Shown in pieces: positions 1 to 9,831 of a stretch of DNA of 64,000 nt (its first letter is position 1; every line of letters begins with the position of its first letter). Source of the stretch: Bryobacterales bacterium (GTDB lineage Bacteria; Acidobacteriota; Terriglobia; Bryobacterales; Bryobacteraceae); the NCBI GenBank assembly GCA_963763835.1, contig CAVXQQ010000019.1:101841-165840 (forward strand). Reading direction: 5' to 3'. The position numbers and the translations under genes were made by a program. The notes beneath the pieces were generated by a model, which made no database searches, was not told where the DNA came from, and saw nothing but the letters and a program-made list of their open reading frames with translations.

Positions 1-46
1 GTGCAACCAGGCGTGCGAACTCGTCGCTGAAGATGTCAACCGTCAT
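1..46 (-). CDS. 5' end of an unidentified CDS running off the left edge (MTVDIFSDEFARLVA...)
   Basis: ATG (rc of cat at 44-46) preceded by a GGGGAG SD-like motif, 35 nt downstream of the SDR stop. Only 15 codons are visible. Confidence 0.25.
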   Translation of the reverse strand, partial: MTVDIFSDEFARLVA

Positions 47-80
47 GACTCCCCATTATCGCTCGAAATGCGGTCTTGCC

Positions 81-908
81 TCACGACACCTTCATCACCC
101 GCCGCAGAGTATAAATCTCGGAATTGATGTTCGAATTCTCCAGCCGCTTCCAGTCGTCCGCCACGTGTATCAGTTTCCCGCTGATGTGATTCGACCGCGG
201 CGACGCCAGGAACAGCGCGAGCTGGATCTGCTTGTCGGGCGCCACTCCGCCCGTGATGCGCGACTGGAGCGCCTCTTCGTGCGCCTTCCATCCGGCGCGC
301 TCCTCGCCCGCGTGCAGGATCTGGTCCGTCATGTGGCTGTAGGTGAGGCCGGGCGCGATGCAGTTCACCTGGATGTTGTGGTCGCGCACTTCCTCCGCCA
401 GCGTCTCCACCAGCCGGACCACGGCGGCCTTCGAGGCGGCATAGGCCGAAAAGTTGGGCCTGGCCGTCATGTCGCCTTCGCCCGACAGCACCAGGATCTT
501 GCCGCCGCGCCTTTCGATCATTCCCGGCAGCACCGCCCGGCAGCTATACATGACGCCAAGCAGGTTGGTCCCGATCGCTTCGGCCCAGGCCTTGGGCGGA
601 TTCTCCGCCAGCGGCCCGATCGGCCCCTGAACGGCGGCCGACGCCACCAGCACGTACACGCCTCCGAAATGCGAGCGCATGCGCTCGGCTGCGGCCGACA
701 TCTGCTCGAAGTCGCAGACGTCCGCGCGAATCCGGAGCGAAATGCCTCCGGCGTGCTCGATTTCGAGGTGCGCCAGGTCCAGCTCCGCCTTGCTGCGCGC
801 CAGTAGGCCCACACGCGCGCCCGCCTGCGCGAAGCCGAGCGCCAGACGTTTTCCGATGCCGCGCCCCGCGCCCGTGATTAGTACCGACTTGTCTTTGAGC
901 GATGTCAC
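81..908 (-). CDS. short-chain dehydrogenase/reductase (SDR) family oxidoreductase
   Basis: 275-aa ORF with the TGAGRGIG nucleotide-binding motif and the YAASK (YxxxK) catalytic motif. Confidence 0.9.
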   Translation of the reverse strand: MTSLKDKSVLITGAGRGIGKRLALGFAQAGARVGLLARSKAELDLAHLEIEHAGGISLRIRADVCDFEQMSAAAERMRSHFGGVYVLVASAAVQGPIGPLAENPPKAWAEAIGTNLLGVMYSCRAVLPGMIERRGGKILVLSGEGDMTARPNFSAYAASKAAVVRLVETLAEEVRDHNIQVNCIAPGLTYSHMTDQILHAGEERAGWKAHEEALQSRITGGVAPDKQIQLALFLASPRSNHISGKLIHVADDWKRLENSNINSEIYTLRRVMKVS

Positions 909-1120
909 GCCTTACCGTCCCTCCGTCAGGGTAGTACAAGGCGCGGGCGTTGGGAAGCGTGGGGACGGCGGAAGCCGGCTACGCCCCGTCGCGCCGCAAG
1001 CAATTTCGCCCCCTCCGGTCGGATATAATGAGTGCTCGATCCAAGCCCCCGGCGCCCCAGGGACCGCTCCCTGACGGTCGCGGCTCGGTCTCGCGGCGCC
1101 CGGGAATACTGAGGTGTTAG

Positions 1121-3005
1121 GTGCTGAGTCTTCACGCTATCGACATCGCGATCATACTCGCGTACTTGCTACTGTCCGTCCTGATCGGCTACTGGGTTTC
1201 CCACCGGGCCTCGCAAGGACATGAAGGCGTACTTCCTGGGCGGCAACACCATGCCCTGGTACGTGCTCGGCATCTCCAACGCCTCGGGCATGTTCGACAT
1301 CAGCGGCACCATGCTGCTGGTCTACTGGATGTTCGTCTACGGCCTGAAGAGCGTCTGGATTCCCTGGCTCTGGCCGACCTTCAACCAGATCTTCCTGATG
1401 GTGTTCCTCTCGGCCTGGCTGCGGCGCTCGAACGTGATGACCGGCGCGGAGTGGATCCAGACCCGCTTCGGCAAAGGCCGCGGCGCGCAACTCGCGCACA
1501 TCATCGTCGTGGTTTACGCGTTCGTCAGCATCATCGGATTCTTCAGCTTACGGCTTCAAGGGCATCGGCAAGTTCGCCGCGAACTTCCTGCCCTGGAACA
1601 GCCTGATCTCCGAACCAATACGCGCTGATCCTGATCGCGATCACGACGATCTACGTGATCAAGGGCGGCATGTTCAGCGTGGTGATCACCGAGGTGATGC
1701 AGTTCTGCATTCTGTCGATCGCCTCCTTCGCCGTCGGGCATCATCGCCATGGCGAAGGTGGCGCCCGAGATGCTGCACAAGTTCGTTCCCGCCGGCTGGG
1801 ACAACCTGTTCTTCGGCTGGCACCTGGGCCTGGACTGGTCCACGCTGCTTCCCGTCGGCCAACGCCAAGGTCGCCGAAGACGGCTACGGCCTTTTCGGAT
1901 TCTTCGTCATGATGCTGCTGTTCAAGGGCGTGCTGATCAGCGTGGCCGGCCCGGCGCCGAACTACGACATGCAGCGCGTCCTCTCCTCGCGGAATCCGCG
2001 CGAAGCCTCCATGATGAGCGGCTGGGTCAACGTGGTGCTGACGTTCCCGCGCTACTTCCTCATCACCGGCCTGACGGTTCTGGCGCTGGCGTTCTACAGC
2101 GACCACATCCGCGCCATGGGAACGCACATGGACTTCGAGACCGTGCTGCCGCTCGCGCTGGGACGGTTCGTTCCCGCCGGCCTGCTCGGCTTCCTGATCG
2201 CCGGCCTGCTGGCGGCCTTCATGTCGAACTTCGCCGCCACGGTGAACGCCGCGCCGCCTACTTCGTCAACGACATCTACAAGCGCTTCATCAACCCCAAC
2301 GCCAGCCCGCGAACGTACGTGCGGCTGAGCTATCTCGCTTCCTTCGCGGTGGTGGTGATCGGGACGTTCGATCGGCTGGTACGTCGCCTCCGTGAACGAC
2401 GTCGTGATGTGGATCGTCTCCGGCCTGTGGGGCGGCTACACCGCTTCCAACGTTCTCAAGTGGTACTGGTGGCGCTTCAACGGCTACGGTTACTTCTGGG
2501 GGATGGTGGCCGGCATCGCGGCTTCGCTGACCATCCCGGGCATCATGGCCCGGATTCCCGCGTTGCAGGGCTACGCGCAGGCTCACTCCCTGAACCTCAG
2601 CGTCTCGCTGGGATTCATCCTGGTCTTCCTGATCTCGTTGATCGGCTGCGTGGCCGGCACGCTCTGACCAAGGCGGAGGACGACGAGGTTCTCAAGGACT
2701 TCTACCGCCGCGTTCGGCCGTGGGGCTTCTGGGGTCCGGTGCTGAAGAAGGTCCAGCAGGACGATCCCGGTTTCAAGCCCAACCCGGATTTCTGGCGCGA
2801 CATGTTCAACGTCGCGGTGGGCATCGTATGGCAGGTGGCGCTAGTCGTTCTGCCCATCTACATCGTGATCCAGGAGTTCAGCCGCGCCGCGCTGGCCTTC
2901 GCCGTCGTCGCCGTGACCTCGGTGACGCTGAAGCTCACCTGGTACGACCACCTGAAGGAGATGGACGCGAAGACTCCGGTGCCGGCCGCGGCTCTTCAAC
3001 CGTAA
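1121..3005 (+). pseudogene. sodium:solute symporter (SSS) family transporter, reading frame broken about eight times as assembled
   Basis: Continuous SSS-like sequence (GYWVSHRASQ / MKAYFLGGNTMPWYVLGISNASG / YVIKGGMFSVVITEVMQF / NYDMQRVLSSRNPREA / KWYWWRFNGYGYFWG / C-terminal tail) is split over ORF-track pieces 1121-1606, 1221-1628, 1655-1912, 1749-, 1909-2328, 2392-2667 and the end of 1749-3005. Frame changes lie near 1215, 1545, 1612, 1738, 1855, 2255, 2370 and 2665. Confidence 0.8.
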
Positions 3006-4455
3006 GCGTCACCGGCTGCGAGGCGCCACCGCAGCTCAGCACGTACCCGTACGTGCCGGGGGCCGGCGGCCGGACGGATTCCGTTCCGCTCGCCGGCCGC
3101 TGCCCTACCCAGTCGCCGGATGCCACGCAGGACGCCGCGCCTGCCGCCGACCACCTTAGCGTGGCCGCTTGCCCCAACGGGATCGCGAACGGCGTCACGG
3201 TGAACCGGACGCCGTCCGCGGGTGAGGCATCCGGTTCGTCCCGCGGCTTCAGGTGTGCAGTCTCGTCAGGGGCCGCGGCGCCAGGCGCCGTCGCCGGCCG
3301 CGTGTGTGCCAGCATCCAGTCGTAAATGTTCTGGTCGTAGATGTCGTAGGCCGGCAGCCCCTGGCCGAGGCCGGTCAGGTTGATGGTTAGGTATTCTTCC
3401 GCCAGATTATGCCCGCCCGAGGCGAAGACCGTGATCTTGGCGCGCTCTGTCGGATTGCAGGCGTTGATGGAGTTGACCGTGTCGACCTGGTTCATATAGG
3501 GACCGGCCGGATCGTCAGCCGCCTCGAACGCCCACGAGGGAGTGAGCTTGAGCGTGCATCCCAAAGTCGTTCCCCCGGAGCCGGACATCGGAACCACGGC
3601 CGCGAGCAGCGTGGGGTAGTGATACACAAAGTCCCAGGTCAGGCAGGAACCCGCGCTGTAGCCAGCGACATACATGCGCGAGGTGTCCACTTTGTACGTG
3701 TTGATGGCATAGTCGATGAAGATCTTCGTCATCAGCGACGTGTGGTCGCCGATTTGCGGGTCCACGCACCGCTGCGGCGAGAGCACGATGAAGGGACGCG
3801 AATCGTCCCAGAGGCCGCTGTCGATCAGCTCCTTCATGTCGCCGAATGCCGTGGCGAGCGGGACCTGCACCCCTGTTCCATCGGGCGTGAATCGCGCCCC
3901 GCCCCATCCGTGCTGGAAGACGATGAGGGGAAACTTCTGCGCGGGGTCGGCCGTGTAGTTCACCGGTAAGTGCTCGTAGTAGGGCAGGTGGGCGCTGGTT
4001 GTGCCGAAGTCCCGGGCGGTTTGCTCGGTGAACGTGCCCGCATTGACGCGAACCATTCGCACCGCCTCGACCGCCGGCAATCCGGCGCTGTCTACCACGT
4101 TGTAGCGGATCAGGTAGTCGCCCACGGTATTCACGTCTACTGTTCCCGTAACCACGATCCGGCTCGTAATGTTGCCGTCGTGGGGATCGCTGGCGGTGGC
4201 GCCCGCATCGACGTAAGGGGCTCCCACAGGCTGGCTGACCTCTCTGGGACCGATCAGCGTAACGACCGGCTGGTTCGGGTTGCCGGGATCTACAGGTGCG
4301 CTCGACATGCACGCGTCGTATTGCGGCATGGGGGTGGGAGTCGGCGTCGGTGCAGGCGTGTACGTTTCGATTGAACCGGGACAACCCCACGAAAGCAGGA
4401 GCACGCAAGCCGCTGCGACAACCGCAATCCAGGCCCGTGTCACGGGAACCAGCAT
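2935..4455 (-). CDS. secreted lipoprotein with an Ig-like (DUF5011-type) domain, an alpha/beta-hydrolase esterase core and a C-terminal Ig-like domain
   Basis: 506-aa ORF with a lipobox-like LLLSWGC, DPHDGNIT...VGDYLIRYNVVDSAG, a GYSAGS nucleophile elbow and HGWGG. The 3' end overlaps the symporter tail by 71 nt. Confidence 0.75.
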   Translation of the reverse strand: MLVPVTRAWIAVVAAACVLLLSWGCPGSIETYTPAPTPTPTPMPQYDACMSSAPVDPGNPNQPVVTLIGPREVSQPVGAPYVDAGATASDPHDGNITSRIVVTGTVDVNTVGDYLIRYNVVDSAGLPAVEAVRMVRVNAGTFTEQTARDFGTTSAHLPYYEHLPVNYTADPAQKFPLIVFQHGWGGARFTPDGTGVQVPLATAFGDMKELIDSGLWDDSRPFIVLSPQRCVDPQIGDHTSLMTKIFIDYAINTYKVDTSRMYVAGYSAGSCLTWDFVYHYPTLLAAVVPMSGSGGTTLGCTLKLTPSWAFEAADDPAGPYMNQVDTVNSINACNPTERAKITVFASGGHNLAEEYLTINLTGLGQGLPAYDIYDQNIYDWMLAHTRPATAPGAAAPDETAHLKPRDEPDASPADGVRFTVTPFAIPLGQAATLRWSAAGAASCVASGDWVGQRPASGTESVRPPAPGTYGYVLSCGGASQPVTLTVEEPRPAPESSRPSPSGGRTR

Positions 4456-4508
4456 ACTACGACGCCGCTATCCGAATTTGCTGTGGGGCGGACCGATATG
4501 CAGCCTTT

Positions 4509-4571
4509 GTGGCGCAGGCACTCTTGCCTGCCGCCTCGACACTCATGTCGAGGCGCTCTTCTTGCGTCGAG
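4509..4571. repeat. family A palindromic element, left half only
   Basis: GTGGCGCAGGCACTCTTGCCTGCCGCCTCGACACTCATGTCGAGGCG matches the first ~60 nt of the full copies. Confidence 0.7.
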
Positions 4572-4632
4572 GCGTGGCGATGCCGGGCCGTGCCGCGATG
4601 GGCGGCCTGGAGTGGGTGATGAAGTAGCCTTC

Positions 4633-4732
4633 GTGGCGCAGGCACTCCTGCCTGCCGCCTCGACACTCGTGTCGAGGCGCTCTTCTTGCGTCGAGAAGAG
4701 TCTCGACGCGGCAGACTGGGAGTCTGCGCCAC
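4633..4732. repeat. family A ~100-bp four-hairpin palindromic element (full copy)
   Basis: GTGGCGCAGGCACTCCTGCCTGCC...CGTCGAGAAGAGTCTCGACG...GCAGACTGGGAGTCTGCGCCAC. Near-identical copies lie at 5994, 30299 and 58956. Confidence 0.85.
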
Positions 4733-4766
4733 GATCTGGCTACCAGGCGCGCGCTATCCTGGCAAG

Positions 4767-5174
4767 ATGAGCGAGCCGTTGGTAGTCGTGGCCGGGGTCA
4801 TCGAACTCAGTGGACGAATCCTGATCTGTCAGAGGCCGCCCGGCAAGTGGCACGCCATGAAGTGGGAATTCCCGGGCGGCAAGGCGGAGCCCGGCGAAGA
4901 TCCCCCGCAGGCGTTGGCCAGGGAGCTGGATGAGGAACTCGGCATCCGCGCCACCATCGGCCGCGAGATCGCGCGCTACCCATACCAATACCCCGGCCGC
5001 CCGCCCATCCTGCTGATCTTCCTCGGCGTCGAGGCATTCGAGGGGGAGGTCGTCAGCCGCGACTTCGCGCGCATTGTCTGGGAAGCACCGGAGCGTCTGC
5101 CTGGATACGACTTCCTGGAAGGTGATGTGGAGTTCGTCCGCGGCCTGGCGCGCGCGGCCCAGCCCGGGCAATGA
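4767..5174 (+). CDS. Nudix hydrolase (MutT-like)
   Basis: Complete Nudix box GKAEPGEDPPQALARELDEELGI. Start moved to the ATG at 4767 because the upstream part of ORF 4686-5174 is encoded by repeat A. Confidence 0.85.
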   Translation: MSEPLVVVAGVIELSGRILICQRPPGKWHAMKWEFPGGKAEPGEDPPQALARELDEELGIRATIGREIARYPYQYPGRPPILLIFLGVEAFEGEVVSRDFARIVWEAPERLPGYDFLEGDVEFVRGLARAAQPGQ

Positions 5175-5189
5175 CCGGGGCGATAACCG

Positions 5190-5900
5190 TCAGGCTCCCG
5201 GCAAGTGGAGCTGGAACTTGCTGCCTCGGTTCAGGCGCCCCGTCGTTTCCCGATCGATCAGCGACAGCGAAACCTGGTTGTGCCGGCCCTGCGGCGTGAT
5301 GTAGTTCAACGTCCCGCCTTCCACCCAATACGCCACCGCCGTATAGACCGAGTTGTCCGTCAGCCCGATGAAGAACAGCGGCTGGTCCTCGGACGGCTCT
5401 GGCCGTGGCGCGCTGGGCGCCGAATAGGATTGGATCGTCGGCCGTCCCTCGCCGGGCTGGCTTTCCGGACCGAAGTCCTGGTTGATCGCCACCGGCGGGT
5501 TCGCCGGCTGATCCGGCGGCGGCCCAGCCGGCTGGTCGTAAGCGGGCTGGTTGTAAGCGGACTGGTCGTACGCTGTGCCCAGCGGTCCGAAGGTGGGGTA
5601 AAGCATTGGATAGCCGCCGAATCCGACGTACCCCTGCCTGCGATGCCTGCCGGAACCCGAGGGCGCGCCGGTGTACGGAGGAAAGCCGCTGATCGTTGCG
5701 GCCAAGCGCTGCCCGAACGGCACGGAGCCCGAAAATGGATTGACCACCGGGACCCCGCCGCCGACGATCGGGAGCGCGCCTCCCACGCCGGGATAGCTCG
5801 GCCCCAATAAGGGCGGTGCGCCGCCGCCGCGGTGCTGGTGCTGTGCCAGCGCGCACGCCGAGAAAACCGTAACCAAGCCGACCGCGAGTAGGGACTTCAT
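5190..5900 (-). CDS. secreted Pro/Gly-rich hypothetical protein
   Basis: 236-aa ORF with signal peptide MKSLLAVGLVTVFSACALA, a low-complexity P/G/Q middle and an ordered C-terminal ~70 aa. Confidence 0.6.
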   Translation of the reverse strand: MKSLLAVGLVTVFSACALAQHQHRGGGAPPLLGPSYPGVGGALPIVGGGVPVVNPFSGSVPFGQRLAATISGFPPYTGAPSGSGRHRRQGYVGFGGYPMLYPTFGPLGTAYDQSAYNQPAYDQPAGPPPDQPANPPVAINQDFGPESQPGEGRPTIQSYSAPSAPRPEPSEDQPLFFIGLTDNSVYTAVAYWVEGGTLNYITPQGRHNQVSLSLIDRETTGRLNRGSKFQLHLPGA

Positions 5901-5993
5901 GAATCTTCTCCCTTCTGCGAGCCTCGCTCATCTAGTATTATGACGCCTGCGGCCTCCGCCGTGTTACCGCTTTGGACCCGGCGGGTAGTCTTC

Positions 5994-6092
5994 GTGGCGC
6001 AGGCACTCCTGCCTGCCGCCTCGACATTCGTGTCGAGGCCGGTTTTCGCGTCGAGAAGAGTCTCGACGCTGCAGACTAAGAGTCTGCGCCAC
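5994..6092. repeat. family A palindromic element (full copy)
   Basis: Near-identical to 30299-30398, including 18 nt of shared right flank GGTCCAAGCTCGCGGCGG. Confidence 0.85.
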
Positions 6093-6132
6093 GGTCCAAG
6101 CTCGCGGCGGCCTCTTAACTCAACGCCTATGT

Positions 6133-6157
6133 GCGGACCAGGGGGTCCGCCCCACGG
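6133..6157. repeat. short GCGGACCAGGGGGTCCGCCCCACGG palindromic module (core of family F)
   Basis: The same module occurs at 15052-15078 and 53230-53252, and inverted at 30255-30272. Confidence 0.5.
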
Positions 6158-6187
6158 TAAGCTGAAACTAGCATCGAGCCGGACGGC

Positions 6188-6544
6188 ATGTTCAGCGAGC
6201 GATTGATCGAGTATTTCAAAAATCCGCGCAACGTCGGCGAGCTCGCCCCTCCCGCCGTCTCGGTCAGTGTGTCCAACCCGGCCTGCGGCGACCTGATGCG
6301 GCTTTCCGCGCGCTTCGAGAACGGCACGGTGGCCGAGGCGCGCTACCAGGTCAAGGGCTGCACCGCGTCGATCGCCGCGGGCTCCGCACTCACCGAATGG
6401 ATGGCCGGCAAGACCGCGCTCGACCTAGCCGCGGCCGGCCCCGCCGTCATCGAGGAGGCTTTGGACGGTCTCGCCCCCGAGTCGCGCCACGCCGCGGTCC
6501 TGTGCATCGACGCCGTACGCGCCCTGCTCCGCTCGCTATCTTAG
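6188..6544 (+). CDS. IscU/NifU-N-like iron-sulfur cluster scaffold protein
   Basis: 118 aa with three conserved Cys contexts: NPACGD, KGCTASIA and AVLCIDA. Confidence 0.8.
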   Translation: MFSERLIEYFKNPRNVGELAPPAVSVSVSNPACGDLMRLSARFENGTVAEARYQVKGCTASIAAGSALTEWMAGKTALDLAAAGPAVIEEALDGLAPESRHAAVLCIDAVRALLRSLS

Positions 6545-6552
6545 AAGTGACC

Positions 6553-8172
6553 ATGCGCCCCTTCCTCGTAGTTCTCTTGCTTGCCGCCGCCACGCTCGCC
6601 GCCGGCCCCGATCTCGCGCCGTTGCTGGCTCGCTGGAAGAAAGTCCCCATGCCCTTCGACGAAGCCGGCCTCAGCCCGCGAGAGCGGCAACTGGTCGGCA
6701 AACTCGTTGACGCCTCGCGCTATTTCGAAGACATCTTCTGGCGGCAGAGCGACCCCGCAGGACTGCGTCTCCTCACCGCCGGCGCGATCGACCTCCGCCT
6801 GCGCCGCCTCCTGACGATCAACGGCAGCCGCTTCGACCTCATCGATGGCAACCGCCCGTTTACCGGCACCGAGGCGTATTCGCCAGGCGCCGGCTTGTAC
6901 CCGCGCGGGATCGGCGAGGCCGACATCACGCGCTACGTTGCGGCCCACCCCCGGCTTCGCAGCGCGATCTACAGCCCTTACACCGTCCTCCGCCGGCGCG
7001 GCACCGGCCTGGAAGCGATTCCCTACCACGTCGAGTACCGTCAGTGGCTCGAGCCCGCCGCCCGGGTCCTGCGCGATGCCGCCGCCCTCAGCGACGACCC
7101 GAAATTCGCCCGTTTCCTACGCCTCCGTGCCGACGCCCTGCTCTCCGACGACTACTACGCGAGCGACCTGGCGTGGCTGGACCTCGAGAACCCGAAGTTC
7201 GACGTCATCTTCGCGCCCTACGAAACCTACCTCGACGGCGTACTGGGCGTGAAGACCTGCTACGGCGCAGCCGTGCTGATCCGGAACGACGCCGAGAGCC
7301 GGCGCGTGGCGGCGTTCGCGCAGTACGTTCCCGCCCTTCAGGAGGCGCTGCCGCTGGCTCCCCCTGACCGGCCCTCCAAGGCCGGCCACGCTTCGCCCAT
7401 GGAAGTGGTCGATTCGCCGTTCCGCGCCGGCGATCTGCGCCACGGCTACCAGGCGGTGGCCGACAGCCTTCCCAACGATCCCCGCATCCACGCCGAAAAG
7501 GGCTCCAAGAAGATCTTCTTCCGGAACTTTCTCGACGCGCGCGTGGATAACATCGTTCTGCCGCTGGCCGCTCGCCTCATGCTCCCCGCCGATGCCGCGC
7601 TGGTCACCCGCGCCGGCTACCTCACCGACACGGTGCTGCACGAGATCTCGCACGGCCTGGGGCCCGCCTATGCGCGCAGGAACGGCAAGCAGGTGGACAT
7701 CAACGAGGCCATCGGGCCTGCGTACAGCGGCCTCGAGGAAGCCAAGGCGGATGTCGTGGGGCTGTTCGGCATAGAGTGGCTCGGGCAACGCGGCGTGCTC
7801 TCCCCGGACGAGGTCCGGAGCGGCTACGCGGCCCACGTCGCCGACCTGTTCCGGATGTTGCGCTTCGGCACCGCGGAGGCCCACGCGGTCTCCGAAATCA
7901 TGCAGTTCAACTACTTCGTCCGCGAGCGCGCCATCGTCTGGGACGCGGGCTCCCACCGCTATGGCATCGACCAGCCGCGCATGCACGAGGCCGTAGCGCG
8001 CCTCGCGAAAGAGCTCCTGGAGATCGAAGCCACCGGCGACGCCGCCCGCGCCCAGCGCTGGTTTGCCGACTATCGAGCCCTTCCGCCCGAACTGGATGGA
8101 GCCTTGAAGGCGGCCGCCGACTTGCCCGTGGATATCGATCCGGTCTTCTCGTTCGCGGACGAGGTACGGTAA
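6553..8172 (+). CDS. secreted zinc metallopeptidase, DPP III (M49)-like family
   Basis: Signal peptide MRPFLVVLLLAAATLAAG, HEISHGLGP (HExxH) and downstream EEAKADVVG. Start taken at 6553, inside the longer ORF 6397-8172. Confidence 0.75.
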   Translation: MRPFLVVLLLAAATLAAGPDLAPLLARWKKVPMPFDEAGLSPRERQLVGKLVDASRYFEDIFWRQSDPAGLRLLTAGAIDLRLRRLLTINGSRFDLIDGNRPFTGTEAYSPGAGLYPRGIGEADITRYVAAHPRLRSAIYSPYTVLRRRGTGLEAIPYHVEYRQWLEPAARVLRDAAALSDDPKFARFLRLRADALLSDDYYASDLAWLDLENPKFDVIFAPYETYLDGVLGVKTCYGAAVLIRNDAESRRVAAFAQYVPALQEALPLAPPDRPSKAGHASPMEVVDSPFRAGDLRHGYQAVADSLPNDPRIHAEKGSKKIFFRNFLDARVDNIVLPLAARLMLPADAALVTRAGYLTDTVLHEISHGLGPAYARRNGKQVDINEAIGPAYSGLEEAKADVVGLFGIEWLGQRGVLSPDEVRSGYAAHVADLFRMLRFGTAEAHAVSEIMQFNYFVRERAIVWDAGSHRYGIDQPRMHEAVARLAKELLEIEATGDAARAQRWFADYRALPPELDGALKAAADLPVDIDPVFSFADEVR

Positions 8173-8240
8173 GCGCCCGTCGCTCGCCGGGATTCGTCAC
8201 GGTGCGAAGCGATACGACTGGCGCCCCCCCGTCGCGACGA

Positions 8241-8268
8241 GCGACGGGCGACGGGCGACGGGCGACGG
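8241..8268. repeat. heptanucleotide microsatellite (GCGACGG)x4
   Basis: Read directly; lies about 30 nt upstream of the MBL hydrolase start. Confidence 0.6.
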
Positions 8269-8296
8269 GCGTCCGCTGTACAATACCTCTTCAGCC

Positions 8297-9712
8297 ATGA
8301 AAATCACCTTTTGGGGCGCGGTCGGAACCGTCACCGGGTCGATGCACGAGGTTCGCATCGGCGGCACCACCTTCCTGCTGGATTGCGGGCTCTATCAGGG
8401 CCACCGCAAAGAAGCGCATGAGCGGAACGCAACGTTCCCGTTCCGCCCCGACGACATCGACGCCGTGGTCCTTTCGCATGCGCATATCGATCACAGCGGG
8501 AACCTCCCGACATTGGTGAAGAACGGCTTCCAGGGCCCCATCTACGCCACCCCGGCCACGGCCGACCTCTGCGTGCCCATGTTGCGCGACTCCGCCCACA
8601 TACAGGAGAAGGACTCCGAGTTCGTCACCAAGCGTTTCCACCGCCGCCGGGCCTTCGACCCCCAGGCCAAGGACGGCGCGGTCCCGCCGCTGTATACCGC
8701 CGCCGACGCCGAAGCCGCGCTAGCGCTGTTCCGCCCCGAACCCATGGCCACCGAGAAAGAGCTGGGCCCCGGAGCGGCCTACCAGGCCATCGATGCCGGC
8801 CACATGCTGGGTTCTTCGGCGGTGATCGTCACCGAGCGGGCGAACGGCAAGCAGCTTCGCCTGGGCTTCTCCGGCGATCTGGGCCGGCCTGGCCTGCCCA
8901 TCGTGCGCGATCCCGCCCCCCTGCCGGAGGTCGATTGGCTGATTCTCGAGAGCACCTACGGCGGCCGGCTGCACAAGGATGAGGAAGTCGTCATCAACAA
9001 GCTGGCCAACGTCGTATCCCGCACCTGCGCGCGGGGTGGGAAGATCATCGTGCCCGCCTTCGCGGTCGGCCGCACGCAGCAACTGGTTCTGGTGCTCCAC
9101 GAACTGTTCGACAGCGGCCGGATCCCCAACATTCCCATCTTCGTCGATAGCCCGCTCGCGGTCGAGACCACCGAGGTCTTTCGCAAGCACGCCGAGCTGT
9201 TCGACGAGGAGGCTGGGCAGTTCCGCGCCAAGGGCGAAGACCCGTTCGGTTTCAAGCGCCTGCGCTACATCCGCGACGTCAACGAGTCCAAGGCGCTCAA
9301 CGATCTGCGCGGGCCCTTCATCGTCATCTCCGCCTCGGGAATGTGCGAAGCGGGGCGCATTCTGCACCATTTACGCAACAACATCGAGAATCCGCGCAAC
9401 ACCATCCTGATCACCGGATTCCAGGCCGAAAACACGCTCGGACGCAAGCTCGTGGACAAGCTGCCGGAAGTGTCAATTTTCGGCGAGCCGATGAGGGTGC
9501 GGGCGGAAGTCGAGACCATCAACGAGTTGAGCGGCCACGCCGATCAGCGCGAGATCCTCGAGTGGATCAAGCCTGTCGCCGTCAGGCTGAAGCGGATCTT
9601 CCTGGTACACGGCGAGCCGGCACAAAGCGCTGCACTGGCCCAGGCGATTCAGGACCGCTACGGCATTGCCCCGGTGCTTCCCACCCGGGGGCAGAGTTTC
9701 GATCTCAATTGA
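8297..9712 (+). CDS. MBL-fold / beta-CASP metallo-hydrolase (RNA-metabolising type)
   Basis: 471 aa with HAHIDHSGN (HxHxDH) and C-terminal ELSGHAD and VHGE motifs typical of beta-CASP nucleases. Confidence 0.85.
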   Translation: MKITFWGAVGTVTGSMHEVRIGGTTFLLDCGLYQGHRKEAHERNATFPFRPDDIDAVVLSHAHIDHSGNLPTLVKNGFQGPIYATPATADLCVPMLRDSAHIQEKDSEFVTKRFHRRRAFDPQAKDGAVPPLYTAADAEAALALFRPEPMATEKELGPGAAYQAIDAGHMLGSSAVIVTERANGKQLRLGFSGDLGRPGLPIVRDPAPLPEVDWLILESTYGGRLHKDEEVVINKLANVVSRTCARGGKIIVPAFAVGRTQQLVLVLHELFDSGRIPNIPIFVDSPLAVETTEVFRKHAELFDEEAGQFRAKGEDPFGFKRLRYIRDVNESKALNDLRGPFIVISASGMCEAGRILHHLRNNIENPRNTILITGFQAENTLGRKLVDKLPEVSIFGEPMRVRAEVETINELSGHADQREILEWIKPVAVRLKRIFLVHGEPAQSAALAQAIQDRYGIAPVLPTRGQSFDLN

Positions 9713-9831
9713 GGGCGTGTTTGGTACGGAATAGCGAGTACTACTACTGACGGTCTATTTACGGGTCTCCTCTAGGAGGTTACTCTTAGTGACGTAGGCG
9801 CTGCGGGTTGTGGGTTGCGGTTAAAAACCCT

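Noticed and set aside
8241-8268. Heptamer microsatellite (GCGACGG)x4 as a phase-variation switch for the MBL hydrolase gene
   Set aside because: It lies upstream of the start codon with no recognisable promoter elements around it. With only four units, there is no evidence for variability from a single sequence.
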